DNA of 27,107 nucleotides, taken from positions 1 to 27,107 of the forward strand of contig JBEQAF010000023.1 of the NCBI GenBank assembly GCA_041640455.1, given 5' to 3'. The stretch comes from a bacterium (GTDB lineage: Bacteria; CALINM01). The translations under genes were made by a program, and so were the position numbers. A model generated the notes under the pieces. It was not told the origin of the DNA and made no database searches. It worked only from the letters and a program-made list of their open reading frames with translations. Shown piece by piece: positions 1 through 9,170 of the stretch (its first letter is position 1; every line of letters begins with the position of its first letter).

Positions 1-1716
1 GCCGATCTATTTATAGCTAAAGGTCCTCTCGAAAAGATGAAAGAGATCTTTGAGGAAGTAATCCCCAACATTGAAAAGCTCATTCAAGATAATGAGAAAA
101 AAATATTTGGTTTGACTGATATCTATCCCCGTCAGATAGTAAGAGAGCTTTTGAGAACTGAGCTGAATCACTCCGCTATCTTTAAAAATCTAATTGAAGG
201 TGTTGTTCAGCTGGATGAAGACGGGAAGATACTATTTGTAAATGATTCTTTCTGCAAACACCTTAAGCTCTCTGAGCAGGATGTGGTAGGTAGAAAGATT
301 GAAGATATATTCAAATATGAAAATTTTCCAGAGGTAAAGGATTCTATCTTTAAGCTTAAAATGGAGAAAAAATCCGCCAAAGAGTCCTTAGTAATCACCC
401 ATCTTAAAAAGACCTTTCATCTATCCTTTTATAACGTTCTCAATGAAAAGGGGCTCTATTCTGGAATGTTTATCATTCTTCAGGATGTTACGGAGCTTAG
501 AAACAAGGTAAATGAGATTACTGCTATATTTAATATTACACAGGCATTTTTAAGCAATATACCCTATAAAAATGTGCTTGAATATGTATCCTATGAGCTT
601 AGAAGGCTAATTAAAGCTACAGATGTATCCATAATATTATCCTGTGAAGGTATTTTCAAGGGAGAGTTGATTGAAAACCGCGATAGAAAGCTTAGTCTTG
701 CAGAAAATAAAAAGATTAATTACTGGCTTGATAAGATTATCGACTGGAAAAGGACAGGGCTTGTAAGCGTTAAAAATGTTAAAAAGCTCAGCAAACTGAA
801 ATTTGAGGATCTCTCAACTCTATGGTTACCTCTGGTGTTTCAGAATATGTATCTTGGCACCCTGCTGGGTTTTAAGCAATCAGAGAGCGATTTTGAAGAA
901 GAGGAGATAAGGTTTTTTGAAGCAGTGGGTAACCAGATAGCTGTATACCTGTCAAATATTGAATTTTTTAGCAAGATAGAAACAAAAAATACAACATCAG
1001 CAGCTCCTGCAAAAGTATCTGAACTGGTTACCGATGATATATTTCAGAAAAATGCTATTTTTAAATGGGAAGATAGGCAGAAGAAAAAGATTATTCAGAA
1101 TATCTGTGAAAATCTGTCATCTTCGTTAACGGTGTGCGATGGATACATAGAATATCTAAATATCAAAGATACAACTTTTTCTGAAGTGGAAAAGAAGGCA
1201 TTTTTTGAAAAGCTGCTGGCTGCAAAAAATAAAATTAAAATTATCAAAGATGATCTTTGCAGTTTAAACAGAATTGGTTCTGGAGATGAGGCGGAGTTGC
1301 ATATTTTTGATCTAAACATGATAGCCAAACGATTAAAATCCTTAATTAGTAGTGATATTGTTAGTTTTGATGAAGAAATAATAGCTTTTCAAAAATGGGG
1401 CGATTTTGATAAAATATCCTTTCTTGTTAAAAAACTTATAGAAGAGCTCATAGCTCTTGGTTCAGAAAAAATCAATGTTAATTTTTACAAGGAGAATGAA
1501 TCAGGTGTCATAAAAATAGAAGGACATCTGTCAGACTTTAGAAAAGAGTTACTGGAAACCGTCAAACTCATTAATAGTGAGAGCTGGCAGGAGACGGAAC
1601 ATGTATTTTATTATTATTTATGGTGTCTAAAACAGATATTGGAGCTTATAAACAGCAAACTGGCGGTTGAAATCAACGGTAGCATAATTGATATTAAACT
1701 AATATTCACATCTTAA
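1..1716 (+). CDS. 5'-truncated signal-transduction protein: probable receiver-domain tail, PAS, GAF and a degenerate histidine-kinase-like C-terminus
   Basis: The frame is open from base 1 (ADLFIAKGPLEK-M), resembling the end of a receiver domain. PAS signature: IFKNLIEGVVQLDEDGKILFVNDSF...ILQDVTEL. GAF signature: LPLVFQNMYLGTL...FEEEEIRFFEAVGNQIAVYL. The H-box-like segment lacks His. Confidence 0.7.
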   Translation, partial: ADLFIAKGPLEKMKEIFEEVIPNIEKLIQDNEKKIFGLTDIYPRQIVRELLRTELNHSAIFKNLIEGVVQLDEDGKILFVNDSFCKHLKLSEQDVVGRKIEDIFKYENFPEVKDSIFKLKMEKKSAKESLVITHLKKTFHLSFYNVLNEKGLYSGMFIILQDVTELRNKVNEITAIFNITQAFLSNIPYKNVLEYVSYELRRLIKATDVSIILSCEGIFKGELIENRDRKLSLAENKKINYWLDKIIDWKRTGLVSVKNVKKLSKLKFEDLSTLWLPLVFQNMYLGTLLGFKQSESDFEEEEIRFFEAVGNQIAVYLSNIEFFSKIETKNTTSAAPAKVSELVTDDIFQKNAIFKWEDRQKKKIIQNICENLSSSLTVCDGYIEYLNIKDTTFSEVEKKAFFEKLLAAKNKIKIIKDDLCSLNRIGSGDEAELHIFDLNMIAKRLKSLISSDIVSFDEEIIAFQKWGDFDKISFLVKKLIEELIALGSEKINVNFYKENESGVIKIEGHLSDFRKELLETVKLINSESWQETEHVFYYYLWCLKQILELINSKLAVEINGSIIDIKLIFTS

Positions 1717-1729
1717 CAAAGGAGAGTCT

Positions 1730-2008
1730 ATGAAGAAATCTGATTTGATTCTTGAGCTTGCTAAAGATCTAAATCTTTCTCAGAAAAAAGCCACCGATGT
1801 GGTTGATTTTATTTTTGAAAAGATGAGAAATGCCATTGAGAATAGCGACAGAATTGAGATAAGGGGGTTTGGTACCTTTTACGTAAAAAATTATAATCCC
1901 AGAAAAGGTAGAAACCCAAAAACTGGCGAGATCGTATCTGTGCCCCCCAAAAGGCTTCCTTTTTTTAAGATGGGGAAAGAGATGAAAAAACTTCTAATAA
2001 AGGAATAG
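1730..2008 (+). CDS. ihfB: Integration host factor beta / HU-family DNA-binding protein
   Basis: MKKSDLI...RIEIRGFGTF...GRNPKTGE...PFFKMGKEMK. SD AAGGAG upstream. Confidence 0.85.
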   Translation: MKKSDLILELAKDLNLSQKKATDVVDFIFEKMRNAIENSDRIEIRGFGTFYVKNYNPRKGRNPKTGEIVSVPPKRLPFFKMGKEMKKLLIKE

Positions 2009-2019
2009 ATTATTAAATC

Positions 2020-2241
2020 ATGAAAAAAAATAAAAAGATTGCAATATACGATGATCGATGCAAGTCCTGTCAGATATGTGTGGTTAGCTGTCCCAAAAAG
2101 GCGCTTTCAATAGGCAATAAGCTTAACAGATTAGGATACAGATATGTGGTACTGTCAAAGGAAGAAGCATGCACTGCTTGTGGTATCTGCGCAGAAATGT
2201 GTCCTGATGTGGTGATTGAGGTCTGGAGGGATAATGAGTAA
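2020..2241 (+). CDS. 2x[4Fe-4S] ferredoxin-like delta subunit of 2-oxoacid:ferredoxin oxidoreductase
   Basis: Two CxxCxxCxxxCP motifs (CKSCQICVVSCP, CTACGICAEMCP). First gene of the oxidoreductase cluster. Confidence 0.9.
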   Translation: MKKNKKIAIYDDRCKSCQICVVSCPKKALSIGNKLNRLGYRYVVLSKEEACTACGICAEMCPDVVIEVWRDNE

Positions 2242-3286
2242 GATATTTATAAGGGGTTCTGAAGCCCTTTCGATGGCAGCCATAGATAGCGGCTTAAGAT
2301 TTTATGCAGGCTATCCTATTACTCCTCAAAATGACATACCAGAATTCCTGTCAAGGGAGCTTCCTAAGGTAGGCGGTAGCTTTGTTCAGGCAGAAAGCGA
2401 GATTGGAGCTATTAATATGCTTCTTGGCGCAAGCGCATGTGGAATGAGAGTTATGACTTCCTCTTCAAGTCCTGGTATATCTCTTATGCAGGAGGGGATA
2501 TCTTATCTTGCTGGCTCAGAACTACCTGCGGTTATAGTAAATGTAACAAGATGGGGTCCTGGACTGGGCGGAATAGGCGCATCTCAGGGAGATTATCATC
2601 AGGCGACTAAAGGCGGAGGACATGGCGATTATTTTACACCTGTTTACGCACCCTATTCCATTCAGGAGATGTATGATCTGACTGTAAAAGCCTTTGAGGT
2701 TGCCGACAAATACAGAACACCTGCTCTTATCCTCACAGATGTAATGATAAGTCTTATGAAAGAAACCCTTATAAGACGATTTCCAGAAGGTGTGAGCATA
2801 CCTGACAAGCCATGGGCTTTCAAAGAAAAAATGGAAGATAAGCAAAAAATAATCAAGTCTCTGTATTTAAAAGGAAATGATCTGGAAAATCATAACTGGA
2901 AGCTTTACAGAAAGTTTGAAGAGATGAAAAAAAGCGAGGTAATGCATGACTGCTATCATTGTAATGATGCAGATATTATAATTGTTGCTTTCGGAATGGT
3001 GGCAAGAGTTGCAAGGTCAACAGTTGATATCGCAAGGGAAAGAGGTATAAAGCTCGGGCTATTCAGACCTATAACGCTTGTTCCCTATCCTGAGGAAGAG
3101 CTTTCGAGATTAGCTAAAAAATGTAAAAACTTTATAGTTATAGAAATGAATCTCGGACAGATGTTGTATGACGTTATAAGAATTGTTGGCAGGGATCTGA
3201 ATGTTAAATTTTATGGAAAACCAAGCAGTTATGTTCCCAATCCGGAACACTTATTTGAAAAAACGATGGAGCTTTTTAATCTATGA
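2234..3286 (+). CDS. vorB: 2-oxoacid:ferredoxin oxidoreductase alpha subunit (VorB-like, 2-ketoisovalerate type)
   Basis: FYAGYPITPQ, QAESEIGA, TSSSSPGISL and KGGGHGDY motifs. Start moved to ATG 2234 (SD GGAGG). Confidence 0.85.
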   Translation: MSKIFIRGSEALSMAAIDSGLRFYAGYPITPQNDIPEFLSRELPKVGGSFVQAESEIGAINMLLGASACGMRVMTSSSSPGISLMQEGISYLAGSELPAVIVNVTRWGPGLGGIGASQGDYHQATKGGGHGDYFTPVYAPYSIQEMYDLTVKAFEVADKYRTPALILTDVMISLMKETLIRRFPEGVSIPDKPWAFKEKMEDKQKIIKSLYLKGNDLENHNWKLYRKFEEMKKSEVMHDCYHCNDADIIIVAFGMVARVARSTVDIARERGIKLGLFRPITLVPYPEEELSRLAKKCKNFIVIEMNLGQMLYDVIRIVGRDLNVKFYGKPSSYVPNPEHLFEKTMELFNL

Positions 3287-4035
3287 AAGAAGTTTATAAA
3301 AAACCAGAAGTTTTAAAAAACCCAAATTTCCACTTCTGCCCAGGATGTCATCATGGTAATGTGCACAAGCTTGTTGCAGAGGCAATAGATGCTCTGGGCA
3401 TCAGGGAAAAAACCATCGCTGTAATAGGTGTGGGTTGCGGTGTGTTTTTATATGATTACATTGATGTTGATTCATTGGAAGCCCCCCATGGGAGAGGGCT
3501 TGCGGTTGCAACAGGAGTTAAAAGAGCAAGACCAGAAAGGATTGTATTTACCTATCAGGGAGATGGAGATCTGGCTTCCATAGGTATGGGCGAGTCGGTT
3601 CATGCGGCTAACAGAGGAGATAATATTACGGTTATCTTTGTTAATAATACCATCTATGGGATGACAGGCGGTCAGATGGCTCCAACCACGCTGCTTGGAC
3701 AGGTGACTACCACATCACCTTATGGAAGGGAGTTTCAGAGAGATGGTTATCCTATAAGGATGGCAGAGATGCTTGCAACTCTTGAAGGTGTTGCACTTTC
3801 GGCAAGGGTTGCAGTTTGTTCACCCAAGCTTCTTCTTGATGCAAAAAAGATAATTAAAAAAGCCTTTGAAATGCAGATAGAAAATATGGGGTTTGCCTTT
3901 GTAGAAGTATTGAGTGCCTGTCCTACAAACTGGAATATGAGCGCTTTAGAAGCAATGAATAGGGTCAAAGAAGAGATGATCCCATTTTTCCCCTTAGGGG
4001 TCTTTAAAGAAAGGAAAATGTCAGATGTTTTCTAA
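3283..4035 (+). CDS. 2-oxoacid:ferredoxin oxidoreductase beta (TPP-binding) subunit
   Basis: FCPGCHHG, YQGDGDLASIG, NNTIYGMTGGQMAPT, SACPTNW. Confidence 0.9.
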   Translation: MKEVYKKPEVLKNPNFHFCPGCHHGNVHKLVAEAIDALGIREKTIAVIGVGCGVFLYDYIDVDSLEAPHGRGLAVATGVKRARPERIVFTYQGDGDLASIGMGESVHAANRGDNITVIFVNNTIYGMTGGQMAPTTLLGQVTTTSPYGREFQRDGYPIRMAEMLATLEGVALSARVAVCSPKLLLDAKKIIKKAFEMQIENMGFAFVEVLSACPTNWNMSALEAMNRVKEEMIPFFPLGVFKERKMSDVF

Positions 4036-4585
4036 AAAAGATTTTTATATTGATTTAGTTTTTTCAGGATTTGGCGGTCAGGGAATACTTATAGCAGGGA
4101 ATCTGCTCTGCTATGCAGCATTAATAGAAGGCAGAGAGGTTACCTTTTTTCCATCTTATGGGGTTGAGATGAGAGGTGGAGCAGCAAACTGCTATGTAGT
4201 TATCTCAAACAAACAGATTGGCTCTCCTATACCTTCTCATCCTGAAATAGGTCTGATAATGAGTCTACCTGCGTTAAAAAGATTTGAGAACAGTATTAAA
4301 AGTGGTGGACAACTAATTATAAACTCAGACATTATTTCAAAAGAGGACTTAACAAGAGAAGATGTAAACAAATTTTTTATAGATGCAAATAAGATTTCCA
4401 ATGATGCCATAGGTAATGACAGGCTGGCTAATATGGTTATGCTTGGATATATTGCCAGAAAATTTTCTATAGTTAAAAAGGATAGTCTTATCAGGGCTAT
4501 TAAGGATGTAGTCTCTGAAAAGCACAAAAAAATGATACCTCTTAATGAAAAGGCAATCCTTGCTGGATATGAGTTAGATTTATAA
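4025..4585 (+). CDS. 2-oxoacid:ferredoxin oxidoreductase gamma subunit
   Basis: SGFGGQGIL, PSYGVEMRGG, ANMVMLG. Confidence 0.9.
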   Translation: MFSKKDFYIDLVFSGFGGQGILIAGNLLCYAALIEGREVTFFPSYGVEMRGGAANCYVVISNKQIGSPIPSHPEIGLIMSLPALKRFENSIKSGGQLIINSDIISKEDLTREDVNKFFIDANKISNDAIGNDRLANMVMLGYIARKFSIVKKDSLIRAIKDVVSEKHKKMIPLNEKAILAGYELDL

Positions 4586-4607
4586 AAGGCTTTATGGGGG
4601 AGGCTTA

Positions 4608-5198
4608 ATGAAAAAGGCAGACAATTTGGTAAGGGTTGGAGAGAGGATAAAACACTTTCGTGAAGAGAAGGGGCTTTCTTTAAAGGATCTTTCCGACAAG
4701 ACAGGTTATTCTGAGTCTGTGCTTTCACAGATAGAAAATCATCTCATATCCCCTCCCTTAGGGGCGCTTCTAACCATTGCAAGCGCTTTAACCCTCTCGG
4801 TGGGAAAGCTACTTGGAGAGGAAAAGGAACAGCCCTTTGTAATAGATAGAAAAGGACAGGAAGTACCTATATCCAGAGTGGCTTCTAAGGAAGGGGTTAA
4901 TTACGGATATACTTATAAATCACTGGGATTTGGCAAGAAAGACAGGCACTTTGAACCATTTTTGATCACCCTTGAGCCAACAACAATTAAAAGTCAGGGG
5001 CTGTCAAAACATCAAGGGGAAGAGTTTATCTATGTACTTCAGGGGGCAATGGAGGTTCAGCTTAAGGACTATAAGGAAGTTCTCAGGGAGGGGGATAGTA
5101 TTTTTTATAACTCCGAGATCCCTCACAGAGTAAGCTGTGAAGGCGATAAGCCTGCTGTAATTCTGGCTGTTATCTGGAGCCCTGATAGCCAGAAATAA
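4608..5198 (+). CDS. XRE-family HTH plus cupin transcriptional regulator
   Basis: N-terminal HTH (IKHFREEKGLSLKDLS...LSQIEN) and C-terminal cupin (HQGEEFIYVLQG...GDSIFYNSEIPH). Confidence 0.9.
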   Translation: MKKADNLVRVGERIKHFREEKGLSLKDLSDKTGYSESVLSQIENHLISPPLGALLTIASALTLSVGKLLGEEKEQPFVIDRKGQEVPISRVASKEGVNYGYTYKSLGFGKKDRHFEPFLITLEPTTIKSQGLSKHQGEEFIYVLQGAMEVQLKDYKEVLREGDSIFYNSEIPHRVSCEGDKPAVILAVIWSPDSQK

Positions 5199-5209
5199 AC
5201 CCCTATAAA

Positions 5210-6394
5210 ATGTCATTAATCAGCTCAGAGATCATCAGAAGAATTTCTAATCTTAAGACTCAGCTTGAAAAGTCTAAAATAGATGCGGTTTTTATAATTC
5301 AGATATCAGACCTTTATTATTTTTCCAATACAGTTCAGCAGGGGATACTGTTTGTTCACAGTCAGGCAGAGCCAGTGCTGTTCATTAAAAGAGATGCGGA
5401 TAGGGCGAGAAAAGAAAGTCCACTGGCTAATATTATTGAGATTAGCTCACTCAAAGATATTTATAATTTTATCCTGAGCAGAAATTTAAAGATTAATAGA
5501 CTTGGTCTGGAGCTGGATGTTCTGCCATTCAACTATTTTAAAAAAATTTCCGAGCAGTTTAGCAGTGTAGAGATTGTGGATACTTCATATTTTCTACGTC
5601 GCATCAGGATGATAAAAAGCCCGCTGGAGATAAAAAAACTAAAAAAAGCAGGACAACTGATAGACGAAACATTCAAAGAGATCATGCCCTGTATAAAAGT
5701 AGGCGTGAAAGAGCTGGATGTTGCGTATGAGCTTGAATATATAGCCCGAAAAAAAGGTCATTGCGGCATAATCAGGTCAAGGGCTTTCAATCAGGAGATG
5801 TTTTATGGTCATTATCTTTCTGGAAAAAATGCACTGCTTGTATCCTATGTGGACTCTCCCACAGCAGGGCTTGGCAGAGGAAGTTTTTTTTCTCAGGGTT
5901 CCAGCAACAGAAAAATAACCGCCAATAAACCTTTCAGTATTGATTTTGTATTCAACTATGAGGGATATTGTGTGGATATGACAAGAATATTCTATTTAGG
6001 CAAGCCTGATAAGAGATATCTAAAGGTCTATTCTGTGGCACTTGAGATACACAACATAGTAAGAGAGCAGATTAAGAAAGGGCTGTTAGTAGCGGATATG
6101 GTAAAATTGGTTTATAATATAGTTAAAAAGAACAGACTGGAAAGTATATTTATGGGTCCAGAAGGGAAACAGGTTAGCTATATTGGTCATGGTATAGGTC
6201 TTGAACTTGATGAGCTACCTATATTAACCACAAAATCTAAAGAGGTTATAGAAGAAGGGCTTGTCTTTGCGCTGGAACCCAAGTTTTTTATCCCTCAGAC
6301 AGGCCTTTGCGGATTGGAGAGCACATATTTATTTGACTCCAACGGGCTTTTATCCTTGACAAGTTTTCCCGAAAATATTCAAATATTAGATTAG
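5210..6394 (+). CDS. Xaa-Pro aminopeptidase family (M24) peptidase
   Basis: Creatinase-N-like start, RMIKSPLEI, metal ligands in GYCVDMTR, GHGIGLELDE and ALEPK. Confidence 0.88.
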   Translation: MSLISSEIIRRISNLKTQLEKSKIDAVFIIQISDLYYFSNTVQQGILFVHSQAEPVLFIKRDADRARKESPLANIIEISSLKDIYNFILSRNLKINRLGLELDVLPFNYFKKISEQFSSVEIVDTSYFLRRIRMIKSPLEIKKLKKAGQLIDETFKEIMPCIKVGVKELDVAYELEYIARKKGHCGIIRSRAFNQEMFYGHYLSGKNALLVSYVDSPTAGLGRGSFFSQGSSNRKITANKPFSIDFVFNYEGYCVDMTRIFYLGKPDKRYLKVYSVALEIHNIVREQIKKGLLVADMVKLVYNIVKKNRLESIFMGPEGKQVSYIGHGIGLELDELPILTTKSKEVIEEGLVFALEPKFFIPQTGLCGLESTYLFDSNGLLSLTSFPENIQILD

Positions 6395-6396
6395 GT

Positions 6397-6984
6397 ATGA
6401 AAAAATTACTTATCATAATTCTTGCTTTAGTCATTTACTCCACTGCAAGTGCTGACATATACAGGTATGAGGATAAAGATGGGGTTATTCATTTTACCGA
6501 TACGCCCACGCATAAGGGGTTTAAATTATATCTGAGAACGGGTTTTTTCAATGTAAAGGACTATAAGGAATATTTTAGAAAGTATGATCATCTTATTCAG
6601 AAATATGCCAGTACCTATAACATGGATTATTCTCTCATAAAGGCAGTGGTAAGAGCCGAATCGGGTTATAATCCAAAAGCGGTCTCAAAAAAAGGAGCCA
6701 TGGGGCTTATGCAGCTTATGCCTGAAACGGCAAGTCTCTTTGAATGTGAAAACCCCTTCGACCCAGAAAGTAATATAAAAACTGGCATAAAATATCTAAG
6801 ATATCTCCTAAACTATTTTAATGGAAATGTGGAGCTTGCATTGGCGGCATACAATGCGGGTCCAAAAAATGTAATAAAATACAACTATTCCATCCCCCCA
6901 TTTCAGGAGACAAGAGCCTATGTAAAGAAAGTGATGGAATATTATAAGGGCTATTCAAATAACAACCTGAGCAAGGCTAACTGA
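6397..6984 (+). CDS. Exported lytic transglycosylase (SLT domain) with N-terminal DUF4124-like segment
   Basis: Signal peptide, IYRYEDKDGVIHFTDTP, catalytic AESGYNP, GAMGLMQLMP, AAYNAG, ETRAYV. Confidence 0.9.
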   Translation: MKKLLIIILALVIYSTASADIYRYEDKDGVIHFTDTPTHKGFKLYLRTGFFNVKDYKEYFRKYDHLIQKYASTYNMDYSLIKAVVRAESGYNPKAVSKKGAMGLMQLMPETASLFECENPFDPESNIKTGIKYLRYLLNYFNGNVELALAAYNAGPKNVIKYNYSIPPFQETRAYVKKVMEYYKGYSNNNLSKAN

Positions 6985-6985
6985 C

Positions 6986-7927
6986 ATGTCAGAAAAAGAT
7001 TATCTTAAAGATGCATTGAGTCTTATTAATAAATCTGAATTTGAAGAGGCGAGATCTGTATTGATGGAAGGCTTGAAGGAAAATCCTGAAGATGAGAAAC
7101 TTCTTAATCTATACAGCTGGGTACTTTTTCAGCTTGAAAAATATGAAGAGATGATAGAGGTTTATAAAAAGATGGTGAAGCTCAACTCTCAGATTAGCTT
7201 CACCATGTTTTTCAATCTGGGGAAAGCATATTTTAATCTTGGTGAATATCGCTCAGCCATAGATGCCTTTGTTAAAACCATAGAGCTGGTGCCGAATCAT
7301 AAAAATGCGCTTTTTTACCTTAGTGCCTGCTATGAAAAGCTTGGCGACCTGAAATCATCAAAAAAGGTACTTTCTAATATTATTGATAAAAACCTTTCCG
7401 ATGACGAAAAAGCAAAGATATCATTTCAGGAAGGTCTGGATGAGTACTCGCTGATGGATATACTGACCTCTGATATTTCCAAAGATTCTCAACAGCCCCA
7501 ATCCAGAATTAATCTTTTCGGCTCATGGAGCATAGTAAAAGAAAGCTTTATAATAATAGACGGAAGATTAAACAGAGAGAGCTTTATAGAGCATGTTTTT
7601 CTTTCTGGTGAGGGTAGGGCAATTCTTAGGGGCTCAAACTTTATGCTTTATCTTAATGAGACTGAGGAGATCTGGATGAACTGTAAATATCTGGTAGGTG
7701 TAGAAGGCGCTTTTGAAGTGCCATTTAATAGGTCGCTAATAATGAAGATAAAGGGACCTAAAAAGATCATACTTCCCAGACTGAGCTACTATGTTGAAGA
7801 GATTGAGGATAAAGATATAATCAGCAAAGATCATGTATTTATGCTAATGGGCATTGAAAGGCTCAGCGTTGAAGAGAACAATCTGCTGACTTGCAAGGGC
7901 AGGGGCAGAGGCATTATCCTTAAATAA
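6986..7927 (+). CDS. TPR-repeat protein with a possible divergent AIM24-like C-terminal domain
   Basis: TPR pattern (FNLGKAYFNLGEYRSAIDAF; ALFYLSACYEKLG). Beta-rich tail with repeated G-x-G strands (SGEGRAIL, KGPKKIIL, KGRGRGIIL). Confidence 0.6.
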   Translation: MSEKDYLKDALSLINKSEFEEARSVLMEGLKENPEDEKLLNLYSWVLFQLEKYEEMIEVYKKMVKLNSQISFTMFFNLGKAYFNLGEYRSAIDAFVKTIELVPNHKNALFYLSACYEKLGDLKSSKKVLSNIIDKNLSDDEKAKISFQEGLDEYSLMDILTSDISKDSQQPQSRINLFGSWSIVKESFIIIDGRLNRESFIEHVFLSGEGRAILRGSNFMLYLNETEEIWMNCKYLVGVEGAFEVPFNRSLIMKIKGPKKIILPRLSYYVEEIEDKDIISKDHVFMLMGIERLSVEENNLLTCKGRGRGIILK

Positions 7928-7932
7928 AGTCT

Positions 7933-8490
7933 ATGTTTAATCTACCCAATATAATTACTTTTATAAGGATTTTTTCAATCCCCTTCGTGATTTTCTTTCT
8001 CTATGAACCTACTAAAGACAAATGTCTTTATGGCGCACTTATATTTCTATTCGCCGCTTTAACAGACTGGGTTGATGGCTATGTAGCAAGGCAGATGAAG
8101 CTTGTTACTAACTTTGGTAAGTTTCTTGACCCGCTTGCTGATAAATTACTGGTTACTTCAGGACTGATCCTTTTGCTTTATCATAAATGGGTGCCCGTAT
8201 GGGCTGTACTGATAATTCTTATGAGAGAGATAATTGTGATGGGGCTGAGAGATATAGCGGCAGTTCAGGGAGAGGTGATAGCAGCTTCATGGTCTGGTAA
8301 ACTAAAGACCTTTGTCCAGATGATTGCCATATTTTTACTTCTGTTACATTATAGGTATCATATTGGAGAGCCCTATTATGTTACTCTGGATTTTCATTCA
8401 CTCGGTTATGATGTGCTTGTACTTGCGGTTATAATTACAGTCTGGTCTGGCATTGATTATATTATAAAATTTAGAAAATACATATCCTGA
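7933..8490 (+). CDS. pgsA: CDP-diacylglycerol--glycerol-3-phosphate 3-phosphatidyltransferase
   Basis: NLPNIITFIR start and CDP-alcohol phosphotransferase motif DWVDGYVAR...FGKFLDPLADK. Confidence 0.95.
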   Translation: MFNLPNIITFIRIFSIPFVIFFLYEPTKDKCLYGALIFLFAALTDWVDGYVARQMKLVTNFGKFLDPLADKLLVTSGLILLLYHKWVPVWAVLIILMREIIVMGLRDIAAVQGEVIAASWSGKLKTFVQMIAIFLLLLHYRYHIGEPYYVTLDFHSLGYDVLVLAVIITVWSGIDYIIKFRKYIS

Positions 8491-8516
8491 TTACCCTGCC
8501 TAATGATTTTTATCTG

Positions 8517-8545
8517 TTGAAATTAAAGGCTCAATTATATAAAAT
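8517..8545 (+). promoter_or_regulatory. Sigma70-type promoter, probably giving a leaderless mRNA
   Basis: TTGAAA (8517-8522), 17 bp, TAAAAT (8540-8545). The ATG at 8553 lies 7 nt further on and has no SD. Confidence 0.55.
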
Positions 8546-8552
8546 TTAATAT

Positions 8553-9170
8553 ATGAGTGAGCTTGGCAGGATTAACAAACCAGCGGCATACGATTATATT
8601 AATAAAAGGAAAATCTATTTTGTCCCCAACATATTTCTGGTTCAGGAGCCCTCTTTCAAGGAGCTTTTTGAAAACTACTGGAATCAGGTGGCAGAACAGC
8701 TTGTCAGATTGGAGATCGCAGGGGAGATAAAAAAGGTCTTTTGTGAAATTATTGTGCAGGGTGAAGAGAATCCGCTTAATATAATCGGCTCTTTCAATCA
8801 GAATCTTAAGTCCCTGATTGAGAGCAAACTATCAAAAGGCGCTACGCTAATTTCTCTGGAAGAGAAAAATATTTTTTTCCCTTACCTTGATTGGAGCAAA
8901 TGTCTAAGCGTAATCTCCACACAGGAGGTTTTTAATACCCTTTATCCTTTCTACAAGGAAGCTTCTGCAAAAAGGATAGAGAAAATAGCTGAAATTATAG
9001 ATAAAAATCTGGCAGAAGGGGAGGCAGGTCTGCTTATTCTAAAAGATGAAGATAGGCTGGCTCTTGAGCTGCCATCTGATATAGAGATGTTTCTTGTAAC
9101 TCCCCCAGCATTTGACGAGATTAATCGATGGTTTAGGAGCAGATTTTCAGAAGAACAAAATATGGCTTGA
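8553..9170 (+). CDS. Hypothetical alpha/beta protein
   Basis: 205-aa ORF with normal codon style and its own predicted promoter. I cannot name a family with confidence. Confidence 0.7.
   Translation: MSELGRINKPAAYDYINKRKIYFVPNIFLVQEPSFKELFENYWNQVAEQLVRLEIAGEIKKVFCEIIVQGEENPLNIIGSFNQNLKSLIESKLSKGATLISLEEKNIFFPYLDWSKCLSVISTQEVFNTLYPFYKEASAKRIEKIAEIIDKNLAEGEAGLLILKDEDRLALELPSDIEMFLVTPPAFDEINRWFRSRFSEEQNMA

Noticed and set aside
4237..4728. 163-aa minus-strand ORF, and other short ORFs nested in recognised genes (for example 2522-2845, 11213-11638, 19507-19842, 23695-24138)
   Set aside because: They overlap well-supported genes and show no recognisable motifs.
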